In this document: positions 15,601 to 30,600 of the stretch, in pieces | How positions within the stretch are numbered: position 1 is the stretch's first letter | How the letters are laid out: each line of letters opens with the position of its first letter | Assembly (NCBI RefSeq): GCF_964355755.1 | Contig: NC_092671.1 | Coordinates: 17,670,001-17,734,000 of the forward strand | Direction of reading: 5' to 3' | DNA length: 64,000 bases | Source of the DNA: Antedon mediterranea | Taxonomy: Eukaryota > Animalia > Echinodermata | Translations under genes and position numbers: made by a program | Notes under the pieces: model-generated | Seen by the model: the letters and a program-made list of their open reading frames with translations, nothing else | What the model was told of the DNA's origin: nothing | Databases searched by the model: none

Positions 15601-18600
15601 TTATCGTCTTCTCATCATGATTGTATTTACTTTATAATGTTTAGGCAACAGGTGATTTCAATATCCTTCAAGATTAAAAGTTTTTATCTCCATTAAGTCC
15701 ATAATCATCATTATTATTTCTAGTACCAAGAATTATTAGTCATTATCATTATTATTATGATAAGAAAAATTTATTATAAACTCTACTATTTTTTTCTTAA
15801 ATCAATAAGATATGGTTATTATTCTCTATTATCCAGTTATTAAATCTTCCTCATCCATTTTGGAACCCCTTTTGACGGCCTATCAATGATTACGGCACCT
15901 ATTAAATTTAATATAGTCAAAGTGCATTCTGTCTGGTTATACCAATATCCATAATTAATAATCAGTGTACATAATATCGCAATGATTAACTTTGTTTTAG
16001 TATTAACAACGAGAGTCAACCATATTGACCATTTGTCATTTATTCGCTAACATGATCCATCAAACATGTCAATAAATCTTTCTGAGGTAATTGGAGCATG
16101 AGAGCAATGTAATCACCTTGTTTTAATTATCATTAACACAGTCACGGAAATCCACTCTCAAAACGATAACGTACGTTTAGATGTACTTTAAAAAAAATCT
16201 GAAATGGTTTTTAATGTAAGTGAAACAATAAATAATGGGATGGAATATGAAGATGTAATCACATAGATTACCTAGTTTATTCCTGTAAATATTTCTCTGT
16301 TTTAAATTGGCCACATTTACACTTGTGCTTCGATCATCTAAAGCTAGTTTAATAAGTGTAAACCAGTGGCCCTGTTCACTTACTTAATTTAAATACTAAG
16401 CATTTTGCTTAAGTCAAAAGTTTTCACTTAAATAGGGTTGTTTAAAGGTGTTTGCCTTAAGCTTGATTCCCACTTACGTAACGCAGCGACGTAAGCGCAA
16501 CGCAAGTAAGTTGACCAATCACAAGCGACAGTTTGGATGATCTACCGCATATTGATCGATCAAATCACTTGTTTTGTTCTTATGTCCTTTTGTTGCGTCC
16601 TTCCTAGCGGGAATCAAACTTTATTTTAAGTGTTAATGGTTAAATATGAGTACTGGGAGATGTACAGTATGCCACAATCATCTAAAAACATGATGGCATA
16701 AAACTCGGAAATCTATTTAACCTTCTATGCAATTTATCAGCTACTTATCATGGAAGTATCTCCTACAGAATTTATGGAACTTATCAAACACATAACATCA
16801 TTCTATTTCTAGTATTTATGACAGATATTACCTGTCTATTTCTTGCCTAGCTTACCTGGATAAACCGACTTCTCCTCAAAGAGCGAGATGTAACTCGAAA
16901 AGTAGAAATTTTTATTTAAAAACCCCTCTCCACAAATGGTATAGTCCATAACTTTTTTTTTAGTTTTGAAATGCTGAATGATTCTTTAATGGATGAAACA
17001 GCAGAACTTCTATTAAGGGACAAATTCAGGACTCAACTAAGTGTCCCCTTAATATGGGTGTTCCAATTAAGTGGTTCTACATTTATGCCATCCCTATTTT
17101 GGCCATAATAAGAACATGATAAAATCTTTTTCAAATATTTGTGTCAATCCGACATGTTCCTGCAGCGATGTTTTCAGGTAATTATCTAATAATATTATGT
17201 AAGATAATTACTATAATGTCTGGTTATGGAAACTGTGATCTATAGTTGTAATTTCCTCTTGAATATGGAAAATGAAATTGGCAATAAATATATATATATA
17301 TATATTTATATGAAAAAAGTGTACTAAGAAGAAAAACAATTTATTTCATGTTAAATGTGTTTTGTGGTGCTGTAAAAAATAATTTCTCACATTAAAAAAT
17401 GTATTAAAGATCATTTACTATTAAAGGATCAAAGCAGTGGCACTGTCATTACTTCTGTTTGCTTCCCCAAACCAGTGTTCAAGTCCTGCCTATGTCACAA
17501 TGAGTTTGTCCTGATCAAGCATATTTTAAATAGCAAGTTTGTTTGTGAATATTAAACCAAATATAAAATAGGATACATAGAAAATAACCTTTTCTTTTTA
17601 GTTAAACTTTTAAAGGTAATTAACTATTCTTTGAAATAATGAAAAGGATAATATTTCTACAAGATAGTATAGTAGTTTTGTTTGACTATTTAAGAGCAAG
17701 ACAGTTACTACATGCTCGGTCAGGTTATGACATTTACAAATTACTAAATAATATATCACCTTTACAAATGAACAGTTTGCCATAGGCTTTCTTTGGTTAT
17801 CTTAATGTATTTTGTTAATATTTTATATATCTAAATCGCCTTATAAACATTTATTTCAAGCATATTTTAAACACCTTCAACCGAACTGTAAAGCTTCACA
17901 TTTTTAACATTAGAGAGCATTGGTTGTATTCACCAAACACACTTAAGTGAAATATTAAAGTCAATACATATCATTAAGAATTTCATTTAAAAGTAAGCCT
18001 TTTTTTATGATCTTATAATTGATTTTGACTTTAAAACTTTACTGTAACATTGAAGCAGTTGTTTTATTCACTTAAGTAAAATATTAGTCAATACATAATT
18101 AAAAAGTTCACTTAAGTGAGTTTTAAATTGTGGAGGTGTCCCTAGCTTTGATATGAATTGTAAATACAGCCACAGAAAATAACATTCAAACTTTCAACTA
18201 TTGACTACTTCCATCTGTGAAAGTTCCAGGATTTCTTGATATGTATCTTCCATTTCTTTCATTGCCTCCTCTTTCACTCCTCATGCCACTATTCTTTAAG
18301 GAGTGACTTAGGACAATTAGTTCTGCTTAGTTTAGAAATGTCTGCTGTACAGAAACCATGATCTTACGTTTTCTGCTGGTATCCTTGCCTTGTAAAGTAT
18401 TCTTTGACATGATAAACATTATTACATTAAGACAATCTAATGCCATTAATAAGTTGGGAGGCAATCATGGAGTCTTAACATACATAGATGTTGTGATAAG
18501 TACCTACGTAAACACTGAATCGTCTTTTACTTTTCATTCATTCTTATGTATTAATAATCTATTCATCATCTAAATGACATCATAACATGGCTTTAAAATT

Positions 18601-21600
18601 GTATTAAAAACATTAATATAATGAGATGGAAATCTGCAACGGAAAACAGCAGAAGGAATGCTGTATGTCAAAGCGTTTATATAAGCTCCTTGTTGCTAGG
18701 CGATAATAACTTACGTAACAAAAATAACTGAAGAAGATTAACTGTGAATTAAGTAATTGCTATTTCTTTTTTGTTTGGATAGCGGTCATGACTCCCATTA
18801 AGTAGTAGTCATTGAATTGATGTATTTGTTGATTATTTGATTTCCCCGACGCTAAATTAGCATTTTTTTTTTAATTCAACAAGTATAAACAGCGGACATA
18901 TAAGATATTATGATACATAACTGGATTCAGTCAAAATATTGCCTGGTTAATGAATATCTTTACAAATTAGACATGAAAAATGTCATCCTTAAGGCTTTTG
19001 CGTAACCATAAACACATAATATGTACTGTTCACTAGCAAACGCCTGCGCTAAGTTTGCTTGCGTCATTGGCAGGAGCCACACGTCTTGTGTGCCACATTC
19101 TGCTGAGATGTTTTAAAGAAGAATTACATCATTTCACTTCCACTTTTATAGGACATGCATTAATGACGTTAAATCCTAATAATATCCAGACAAAAGTAAT
19201 TTGAATTGCTGATTTTAAAAACATGGTTTTAGTTTTTTTACAGACATGTCCAATTTCTTTACTGCCTTTCATATAAATAATATATTTAGCAACATTTAAT
19301 TTTTATTGAAAATTAATCAATTATATTGTAATTACAAAATCATCAATTCAATTTTATTGCATACATTTTTACAGCTAGCAAAAGGGCAATAGACATACGT
19401 GACCTAAACAATGATTTCTTATGGATACAAAACTGATGATTATGATACTTAAGTTTGAAAGGAAGACAGTTGCTTATTTATATCAAAGCATGTTATAATG
19501 TTAGTGCTTTAGATAGCAACTTGTACAACCTACAGCTATGTATTTAATCAGTGTGTAAACTACACTCACCTCTGTGTAGTAATAAGCATAAATTAACTTG
19601 TCATTATGCCTGACTAGAAATAGTGGTGATTTGATACTAGTGTCAATATTTGAAGATTCAACAATCATTCATAATTATATTAAGGTTGACTACTGGTGTC
19701 TATAGTATATACCTGTATCAATTTACGTAAGGGCAGAATTCAGTAAATCGCGTATTACTACTAGAATGTTTACTCGATGGTATATTAAGTTGGTTCGTAA
19801 TTTCGGTACTGAATTTAACCACCTGATGTAACCCTGTTTGCTATTTAAATTGAGTTAGATAATTAGTTATTGACAATTTAAAAATTAAAACTACATTTTA
19901 TTAATCCTTTAATTACAAAAATATAAACGTTGTAGTGGTGTATACTTTACTATTTCAATCGACTATTTGTGTAAATTTGACTCAAACATTTCTCTTTTGG
20001 AAGTAATTTCACAGTTTCAACAAAGTATTAAATCGCAATGTTTTTCTGTGTTTAGTGGTATATCATTTGTAAAACATGAAAACAATTAATATTTATTTTG
20101 TATTTTTGTATTAATATTTGTCCTCAGTGAGGACAAATATATATTTTGTGACTGAACGAATAAAGAATACATAAAAAAATTGTTCTACTTTGCATCCATC
20201 CTTTTCCCCATCCCTCAACCCTAATGTTACATGCAAAACACAAATTGGGTTTGATTAAATTTGACTCAAACATTTTGACTCATTTTGTGACTTTCTCTTT
20301 CGGAAGTAATACCCAGGGTGCTAATTTTAGTTGACTACAAAAATCACCGTGTCTATTTTTCATTCCTGTATACGACATGTATTATTGTCCTGCGGTACAT
20401 ACAATTGATATTGCCAGTTTTTTTATGGTGAAATTATACTATGTATTTGTGGGCACGACCTAGATGGTACATAAGCAAAACGAGAATATTTTTTTTCATT
20501 TCAACTTCTATGTATACTTAAAGACTACAATTTATTTATAGGGATTTTTGTTTACAGAAAATTAAAAGGTCACTGCTGTAGAGGATAACATGATCAACAT
20601 TTAAACGTAGGCACACCCGATGAAATACATTCTTCCATGAACTGCCTACAATTCTTTCATTTGTACTATTGATAATTTCTCTCGAATTTCATTTATTTCC
20701 TTGAGTAGTATATTTATAGGTATTTTTTATATGTTTTTCTTTTGTAAATAGAGCAAGTACTGCATATACAAACACAATTTAACCAATATTCTTCCTTTAA
20801 AGGCATCTGAAAACTTATAATTGTTTCATTTCATCTTCTACGTATACAGACTACAATTTTGTTATTTAATATGTTTTTATTTAAATAGAGTAGCACATAT
20901 GACGTTATCAAATTTTTATTTTCTTTTAAGTTCTGTTATTTATTTGTTAATTTTGTAGCTTAAGTTAGTTAAAGACCCCTTCCCTGCAATTTTGGACGTT
21001 TTTTGGAAAATAATACATATATATCACTTTAAAAACATTAAACCATGTCATTCCTTGTCTTAAATGTACGTTTTATGGTAAATTATGATAAAAAGTGAGA
21101 AACAATGCACTACCTAAGTAGCTCGCGGCGATCGACCTCTCGTGGACGGTCTCAGGCCTAGCCTAGCTAGGCTTAGTTTTGTAGGCCTAGCTGGTAAACA
21201 TCGGTAACGTACGAACATCGTACGCTAGCTATATACCTAGCCTGACGTATAGTTGCTGCATTAATTGTCTTTCTATTTTTGCCAGACTCCGTTGATACAA
21301 ATTGGGGAAAACCCGGTATTTTCGCTGAAAAGTTAGGAGTCTTCCATTTGTTTTGGCTTCACGATCGATCGAAAAGTGGGCGAATTACAGGTGAAAAACA
21401 ACAATATCAATCCGCGCGCAATGCATTTTGGGATTTATAGCGGGCCGCTATAATTATTAAAATCGATTTATTTTTCACATTTTTAACCGTTTAAAGACGA
21501 AAAAAGTTATCGCAATAGGACCATATAGTATTATTTTTACATTAAATGTAGTTTGTGATCTTAAATTAGATCTAAAAAACGTAGGGAATGGGGCTTTAAG

Positions 21601-24600
21601 ATAAAAGGTACCAAGCTTGATTAGCTTCAGCTATACCTTGGCTACCTTTTGTATTAATTTGTTTTTTTGTTTGTTTGATACAATAAAGAAGATACATGTA
21701 CTATCGAAAAAAAATAACTATGTATTTGCAAACACAATTTAACCAATAATCATTGTTTCTTAGAAATAAGGCTTAATTCTGACATAGGCGAGCACAATGG
21801 AAAAACTTTGGGATAAATCTCCGTCTTGGATACATACCTCATATATCTCAGATGTACCGCAAAACGTAGATTTGATAACATTAGTTCTAACTATTACGAT
21901 ATTGTTCCATATTTATATCTTAGGAAGATATTATAAAGGGTTTTAAAACAAAATTTCTGATTTAATCAGTAGATTTTCAACCGTGCGTGGTATAAGTAAT
22001 TTCCAGGTTCATTGTGAGTTCACGGGTTTACCTTGCAACCGAAACGGCCCACGGTGTCTTGGAAGTTAGTTTCAAAAGATGTTTAAGCTGAATAATGTAT
22101 TAATTATACCAATGCAGATGCAGCACCTCCTCCAATAAAACATTACTTAGAATAATAATCTGAGGGCCCCTTGATATGCTGTTTAGGGTCACCCTCACTA
22201 AATAAGGTTTAATAAAAAAAATAAATAAAATAAACAAATAATCATATAACCAAAACATTATTAGAGTAGTTAATTCTTTGTGAAAAAAACATAAATAGAT
22301 TATTTGATGTTGTCTTTGAAAGATAACAAACCAATACTGACAAACAGCTGATGCATTAGTAATATTATAGACTATTATTTTTTTATAAATATTAATAAAA
22401 CCCCTACTCTTTCAAAATGTTTATCCATACAAGAAATTGTTTCAATTTTTCTCATGAAAGTGATATTAAGGTGCTCACCTCCTAGCTAGCATTGAATTAT
22501 AACGTATTCTTGAAATCTATACATTTGAAGTAGGCCCCTGTAGTCTTTACCTTTAGGCTACCCTAGATTTGTATTCAGTTTACTCACGGATGAAAGCATA
22601 AAAACACATTAAAATTACTTATTAAGTCGACACATTTATCAATGTGAAGGAATAATAATAAATTGAGATTTTTATACAGTTTTTATAGCCTGAAGTATTA
22701 TACAGTAGCAGTTATCTATTACTCTTGATCAAACAAAATGTGAAGGTTATAATGATACTTTTTTGTCAATGTTTCGGCCTGTTTATAAGTTCAATTTTGA
22801 ATTAGAACTGAATTAAATATGTCTTTTTTTTTTCAATAGATACATCATTCAATATATATATCATCATATACATACATCTTGTATACTTAAACAAATGCAT
22901 AATATTAATATATCATTCTTTATTGAATACCTAAACAATGTATATATGTTGTGTTGCGTAGCACTGTGTAAATTATATATAAGTAATACTGTCAAATTAT
23001 TGAAACAGTGCTCATATTTGGAACATGATCTCATAATTGCATCAATATATGTCATATACGCACATATATATTTTATACATAAAAAGGCATAATCAATATC
23101 ATTCTTTATTTTAATATAAAAAGGTGTTGTTTTTTATTCATATTGTTCATTCCAAATTTAACTTCAGTAATTGTATAATATACAGTACTACAGTATAAAT
23201 AATTAACTGTTTTTGACTAGTCATAATAAATTATTGACATTATATTAAGAGACTGATAATAAATCACATGAAGGTATTCAGATATGAATTAATTTCTAAT
23301 ACACAGAATATGGTATTAACATAGACATATTTATTCTCACTTGCTCAATATAATGTTTATTTATTTCAAATATGAATTAGAATCAGAAAGACATGCATAT
23401 TTTATAATGATGAATAATTTTCGTTTTCTAATTTTTTCAATGAAAACTGCCTAATCTGTTGTACGGTTGTTGACCCGGCAACCCTACTGGCAACCCTAGG
23501 TTAATCTTCATCAATGTCATGCAGTTGGCAGCTTCTTTGCAAGTTTTCAGTCTTTGATTTCGTAGCCTGCGAGTTAGCAACGTTTTGTTGAAAGTCAATC
23601 CTTGGTGTCCTGCTGAGAAGAGTGTGACTAATTGAGAGTGGTTGAATTGATACAAATACTTCATTCTTAAAGGATTGACCGATAACACAGCCAGGGATAA
23701 CATCTATACTTGTTACTTTCTTTTATTTCTATACAGGTGTATCAAAGGTTTATTAATTCATCTTATACTGTATAACCCAAAAACAAATTCATAATATTCA
23801 TAATCAAAAGATTTTTTAACTAAACCATTATTATATTTATATTAATTAGAGGTACGGTAGTTTTTTTAACAAAGTTTATAATTGCAAAAGACTAGAAATA
23901 TAAGATTTCAAATATAACATTTACTTTTACTCAAAATCAAATTAGATTATTGTTCACAAATAAAAATATAATTGTTAATAATTACAAAAGACTAGAAAAT
24001 GTAAAGATCTTTTTAGTTTTGCGCAAAAATGTTGGCTATATACTGTCCAACAATCACAAAAGAAAGGAAATGATTCAAAACATTTTTACACATTGTAAAT
24101 TCCTATAGGAAAATAACCAAAACAAAAGAAAGTATATTCCAATTTCGGAGGAAATTCCGCCACAAAAAAATTACCGTATTTGCTTAGTTAAGTTAGGTAA
24201 TTCCCATGAAACACAAGTACAACATCAATACAGGATGTAATAATTGTATAATATGATTTTTACAGTATGTAATTTACACAACTGTTTGATTCAAGTAGCA
24301 TGGAGTGTCTTAATATGATTTATGAAAAATGTCTTTTTGACAGAATTGCCAACTCTCCAATTGCCTATTAACATGTGTTTTTCTTGTTGGTTAATATCAA
24401 AGGGTAAAAGTTAAATAGTCTAGAGAATTTGTTAAAATTAATATAATTACATTATTCATATTAGAAATTTTTAACTAATCAAAAATTGTTGAAAAGATTA
24501 AGAACATGGTACATATTTTAATTGAAAGCTATTGAATAGTGGAGCATACAGACGTTCATAGGTTCTTAAATTCTAAACTACATGTGTGAAGTATGCATAC

Positions 24601-27600
24601 GTAAAGACGTCTTATGCTATTCTACAATAAGCTTAATTTTAAAAATTATAAATTGGCCAAATGCTTGAAGCATATTGAGCTAGAACTGCAATTTCTCCAC
24701 TGTGCTTGTTCGATCAGTGGATAAACCTATTTCTAACATACAATGTAGGTGTCTATAAAAGGCAAACTACATCATGATAGTATTGGAATGTAGGTCTAAC
24801 TATACAACTTTACATGTACTGTTTAGTGCTGCCTAGAGACCGTTTTACAAATCGCATCAATGCAATTTGATAGCTACTAAAGGGCCACAGATAGTCTTTA
24901 AACTCAGGTATAAATCTCTAGAGAAAAATAAGATTAGGTTCTTTAATTTGAGGCAATAAAAATGCAATCCTGAAATCGTTCACCCCAGACTGAAAATACA
25001 TTTTCTTTTAGGACTTTAAAGATCACGCTTTGATTGCAAACTGCTTGGGGAAAATGTGGATTAAGTATTCTAAATTGTAACGATGTAAAGTTTTTTTTAT
25101 CATGCTTTAAAGAAGTTTTATTATGTTCTTGTTGAATAAGAGTTTGTGTACCAACTGAAGGTGTATTAATATTCTTATTGGGCTATATAGTGTGTATAAA
25201 AAATCTTATTGATCTTATCATGTAAATCTTATCATTTTGAGTTCCAGTACCTCCCCTCTTTCTTAGAACAATGCAAGTTTATTAAGGGTCTGCCGAATAA
25301 ACCAATTATTTCAGAAATGTAATTTCTATATTGACTGCATTTGCTCAAAAATAACCGTTTAAATCAGTGTGTGGTCGTTGACAAAAATTGGTAGAATTAC
25401 CCAAAATGCAATTGGTCCTGGCGGTTAATTTAAACGTTATTGCAGTGTAGTTTAAAGTCAGCAGCTGTCCATCAAATAATCGTTACTTCTTGCAGCTAAA
25501 AATTGCTCAGCGATAACTGGTTAAATGGCGTAAAACCATATTTTGCTCTGCCTTTTAACCGGTTACCACAAAATTGTCATGTTTCTGCTCCTAAGAAAAT
25601 GGAGTTAATTTATTCACAGCGTTTTTAACCGTTTTTTTTAATGCAGCAGAAACAGGCCCTAAGAGAATCCGAAATCTTTTACCATCGCTACAGACCTCTT
25701 TAAAATGGATATGGCCATGCCAATTTATCCACATAAATCAGCAAGCTTCTACCAACACCACGGCTCCCCTTGGAATGGCTCACCCCAATTTGTTTGTATA
25801 ATTTAAAATAATTTCATATGATCAATTTTTATAAGAATCACCACAAGTTGTAATAATAATTTTAATCACTTTGATTCAGTACATTAATCACATGCTCCTT
25901 AAATTACCAAATACTCGTGTTAGATATTGATTAAGGTTCACTTATGTTAATGAATTTTAGTTTACCTCAAGAACCAGCTGTGTTAATAAATAAGAGGCTT
26001 TTTACAATTAACAATAAGTTGTGTACTCAATGTCAAACTCCGCACTCGGCATAAGAGCATAGTTCTTCGAAAACTGCGAATAGATAGATACAAACAGCAG
26101 ATAAAACCGAAATTACAATTTTATAAAGTTCAAATTTTTTTTAATGTGATTGTTAAATAGATTATTATGATAAAATTGGAAGACCACCTGCCAAACAAAT
26201 TTTGGGTCCTCAGTTGAGACCTTTTCCATCACAAAATACTAAACTAATGGCAAAGAATGTTTAACCATTAAATCATAAAGTAAAATAATTATAATGGTTG
26301 TCTTTTATAGCGCTTAATACAGTGTTTCTATAAGCGCTTTTCACACAAAAGCGATCCATAAAAATAACCAAGAATAAAGATGATGCAGAAGAACTATTTC
26401 TCCAACACTTAACTACCACATTAGAGCTCGCCGGAACAGATTTAACAGGATCTCGAGTGAAAAAGGCATCTGTCTATCCTATCCAATAAAAATTCAATCA
26501 AAATTAAAAAAAGGTTATGATATGTTTAAGGTGATTAAGTATGTTATATCCTTTAAGAAATAAATTAACCATGTTTTTAAATATTATATTAATAAAAATG
26601 AGCAAAGCTGCAAACAAGTAGACAGTTGCCGCCACACACCCTGTAGTCTGTTGCCACCGCAACAATAGATATTTATATTGTAGGCCTACAATGATATGAA
26701 TGTTATGTCTTTGTTCATGTACTGGCGGTACTTAATTTGTCTATCAAGTGTTCATTGTTAAAGTCAGACAACAATCATGGTCATAAGAGATATGTTTAGA
26801 GAATATGATTAAGTGTAGAATATAAAAACATTTTCATTCTAATGAAATGTCCAATTTGTATTTTATGTCTTTTCAAAAATAGGCTAATGATTAAGCCCTA
26901 ATTTTTTTTATTATATTCAATTCACAACCAACAAACTAACATGCTCATAAATTCTACCAGATCCAAACTGTAATTTACATGCCTACAGTACTCTATAACT
27001 GAGACGCTTTTCTAGGCCCTACTGAAAAGAAATTGAATTGGTGGGTATAAAAAACAGAATGCACTGTTGCAGTATAACCAAATATAGAGATTAAATTGGG
27101 TAGAGAGTATAGTAGATTTTTTGTTATTTTTCTTACTTTTTAGTATTTGAAAAAAAAAGCAAAACAAAAGCTACACCTTGGTGACTATGAAACATATTTA
27201 ACAAGATAGAGGAGCATTAACCAGACACAGGAGATCATCTGTTTAATCCTCAGAGTAGATTATCTTTTTAATCTGTATCAGGACCTGATTTAACTCAGCT
27301 ATTGGCTATAGGCCACTTTAAAGGACATGTTTAAATAACAAAAAAAGTGGAAGACGTCCTCAATGAGGTTGGGAAAGGTGAACCAACAATGGCTCCAGGA
27401 TGACTGATATGTGCTTTAAATATCTTTAATATTTTGTGCTTTTGTTAATATTTTATTTATTATTATTACTTATATGCCAACAGCCATTTATATTGATTAC
27501 TGCACTTTTTAAAGTGATCTAAAAGCTGTTTTTGTTGTTACTTCAATTATAAAGTAGTGCGACCGTTGTTAGTTTGGTGATTAACATGTTTGTTCGTGGG

Positions 27601-30600
27601 ATGATCAGATCCTGTGAAATGGTACTATAGTTTTATCCATGTCCAAAAACAGTGACTACTCAATATTTTAGACAGTAGAATCAATATTAATTAACAATAG
27701 TACTTAAACAGATTTATTATAGTCCCTTCGAAAACTTTCAAGCATGGGAATAGTTGAGCGTTAAGGCAGAGGCTCGTTAATTAAACATAGCCATTGATTT
27801 GCTGCTTCATGGTTTTAGACTTTCATGGCGTATGTTACACACATTCATTACCAAGTACCCTTTAGTAAATTGGACATGATGTTAATTGGAAATATATATC
27901 TTGTTCATGTAGCATTTTCAGATGATCTTTATTGTGTAAGGCGCTATATAGATATATTATAATAATGATAGAATTGTGCTGGGTCACTGAATGTCCACTA
28001 CTTTGCTGTGACCCGAACTGTCCAAACGCTATAATCTAGTGTCTGCAGTTACTATCATGTGACACTGATCACACGTTATAATACAACATGTCCTACTTCA
28101 CACAATTTAATTAACATTGCGCTAGAATGTCTCGCAACTCTGAATGCTAAAAAAATGTTAGTTGTAAACTTAACAAAGATATGGGAATAAAGCTTTCACT
28201 TCTCTTTATATTGTATTTTTTTCACAAATTTGATATATCAGGTAAAACTTTACAGTAGCCAGGTAAAGATTATAATTGGTGTAAAACTGAATTGTGGATC
28301 ACACGCTATTAAAGGTTGCCTTCTTATAATCTTACTAAAGATAACTGACTTTAAAAAGAAAGAATCCTTGGTACTACCATTTTATAATACCTCCATGGTA
28401 CTACTAGTCAATCGACTGACTTAAATACTTTAGCCTTCTTTACAAATGAATATTATCTGCCAAAGAAAAAGTTTCCTCAAAGATGAATCATGTACACCTA
28501 AAAATGTACATTGTTCAATTTCTTCTGATAGATATTTCCTTGTACATCAGACATTTACTTGTTAAACATTCCGTGTATCTCTCTATAATGATGAAGTTGT
28601 AAAATATAAATCTATTAAATATAGTTAAAGTATATTTATAAAGGTTTTATACATGAGGGTAAAAGCTTGTGATATGTGTACCCATCATCTTTATATATTT
28701 CAGACTGGCCAATTTTGTTGTAATGTACTAATAATTATTCTGTATTTTAGGTGTGTGCTTTAAACTAATAAAAAGAACATATTTTTTTGAAGAACTTCAG
28801 TTACATTTCGGCTTCAGGTCAAACTATATATCATCATTTATCGACATGATGTTTGAACCTTGTACTCAAACATGTCCTAATGGTATCACCTGAGCGAGTC
28901 TATTTACTGGATTATATCAGCTATTTACTTGGACATTTGAAAACGTTGCCCTATGTTGACTTACCAGTTCACTGACTGAGCTATAGTCAATTGACTTCAA
29001 CTGGTGTTTTATGTATACACAGTTATGAAAATATATGTACACAATTTTTAGTAGGGGTTAATTTGGTAATTTAGTAAGAAAGTAAATACTTATGCAAGAC
29101 CAGTATAGAGGTTATCTTTGGTTCCTATAGACAAAAAGGAAGAGTGAGAACTCCAGGTGAATGGGCCTATAGATGAGTATTTTGTTCACAAATAATGATA
29201 AAGTTGAATTGAAACTACTGAAATGTTTGAAAGTATTCAACATATGGCGGAATTAGTTATTATTTCTGCCATACTCACCACTTGTGGATTTCTGCCACAT
29301 TTCTGCCACATAATGATGATCCTTGTTTACTGCAGTTAGTTAATCATAATCCAATAGATCGATTTATAATTAATTAAAAATAAATCAACCACTAAAATCA
29401 TATTTCAATGAGGTTTCAATGGCGACTGTACTTTTTGATACTTTTGCTTTTAACTATAGACCTATGACCCCATTATGATATTGATCATAATGCTGTGCAT
29501 AATATTATAATCTTGTAAAAAGTGGGTAACCACCAGCCTAAGTGTTTTACCTGTACTAAGAACTTTATTACCACTAACCAACAAAAGGCAGGTAACAATG
29601 TCTTTAAAATAAAACAAAATCAAACAAAACCAGGATCTGCTAGCAGGTTTCCTCTGGCCTTGGCCACCGTTCTTATCTGGTTATGAATATGTTTTTTATA
29701 TTGTTTGCTTAAAATAGGTAAACCGTCTGTTTTGTTATTGTCATGTTCTCTTGAATATATCAACAAAGTCTTGTGTTATTGCAATACAATTTTATTAGGA
29801 ATATTGGTAGTGTTTTCTGAAAATTTCTGATTTTCAGTGAAAGACTTAAGCCATAATTGGATAATTTCATCGAGTCCCCTTGATCAGTAAAACTGATATC
29901 GATTGCAGTTTCACCTAGCTAAAAAATCTCTGTACTGTGAAACTTACCAGGTGGTAAAAAAGGAATGATTTTTTCTTTTCATGGCTCAGAAGTCTTTTCG
30001 TGACTGTAGTCAAACTCTCGAAACATTAAAGTCCGTTCTTGAGGTCTTGGTACTAAAATAAAACTAAAATAAGCGATTAGGGCTTTTAAGAATGGGCTAA
30101 GTGGTTTACACTTTAAAGAAAATAAAGCCAGACGGAAATGGTGAAAAGAAAATGTTCACATCATATTCTGCCAGTACACCTGCAAGATTTCAACACTTGC
30201 TGATTCCTTCGGGAATAATATCAATTAATACTGTTGATGCATCTATAAAAAAAATCAATGAGCTTCTTGAGATTACTAAAAAACATTTGCATTGTTTTTC
30301 AAGACATATCTGCGATATAATCCTGCCCTGTTGATGTTACTATTCTCTGTAATCCATAGATTAATCATAGATTATAATTAATCATGGATAATTTATCATA
30401 TCTTACGACTTCTGATGGTGAAATTTGCATTGAAAGTCATCTATCTGTATTATTGTTATCGTCAACCACGTGTTTGAGTTCGTAATGGTTTTTTAAGCAA
30501 TTCACGCTTTCCTATTGATTACCAGATGGTGTAGCACTTTAAGGCATTGAAAATAACGCTCTCTCTATTGATTCAGAGGTTGTATGAAAATTTCCATGAA

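Noticed and set aside
18358-18573. ORF beginning [12 protein letters not shown] as an alternative signal exon
   Set aside because: No good phase-1 donor; only weak GTACCT/GTATTC sites.
23437-23703. 88-aa minus-strand ORF, possible retroelement or ribozyme remnant
   Set aside because: No recognisable domain and no complete hammerhead core (CUGAUGA...GAAA) could be assembled.
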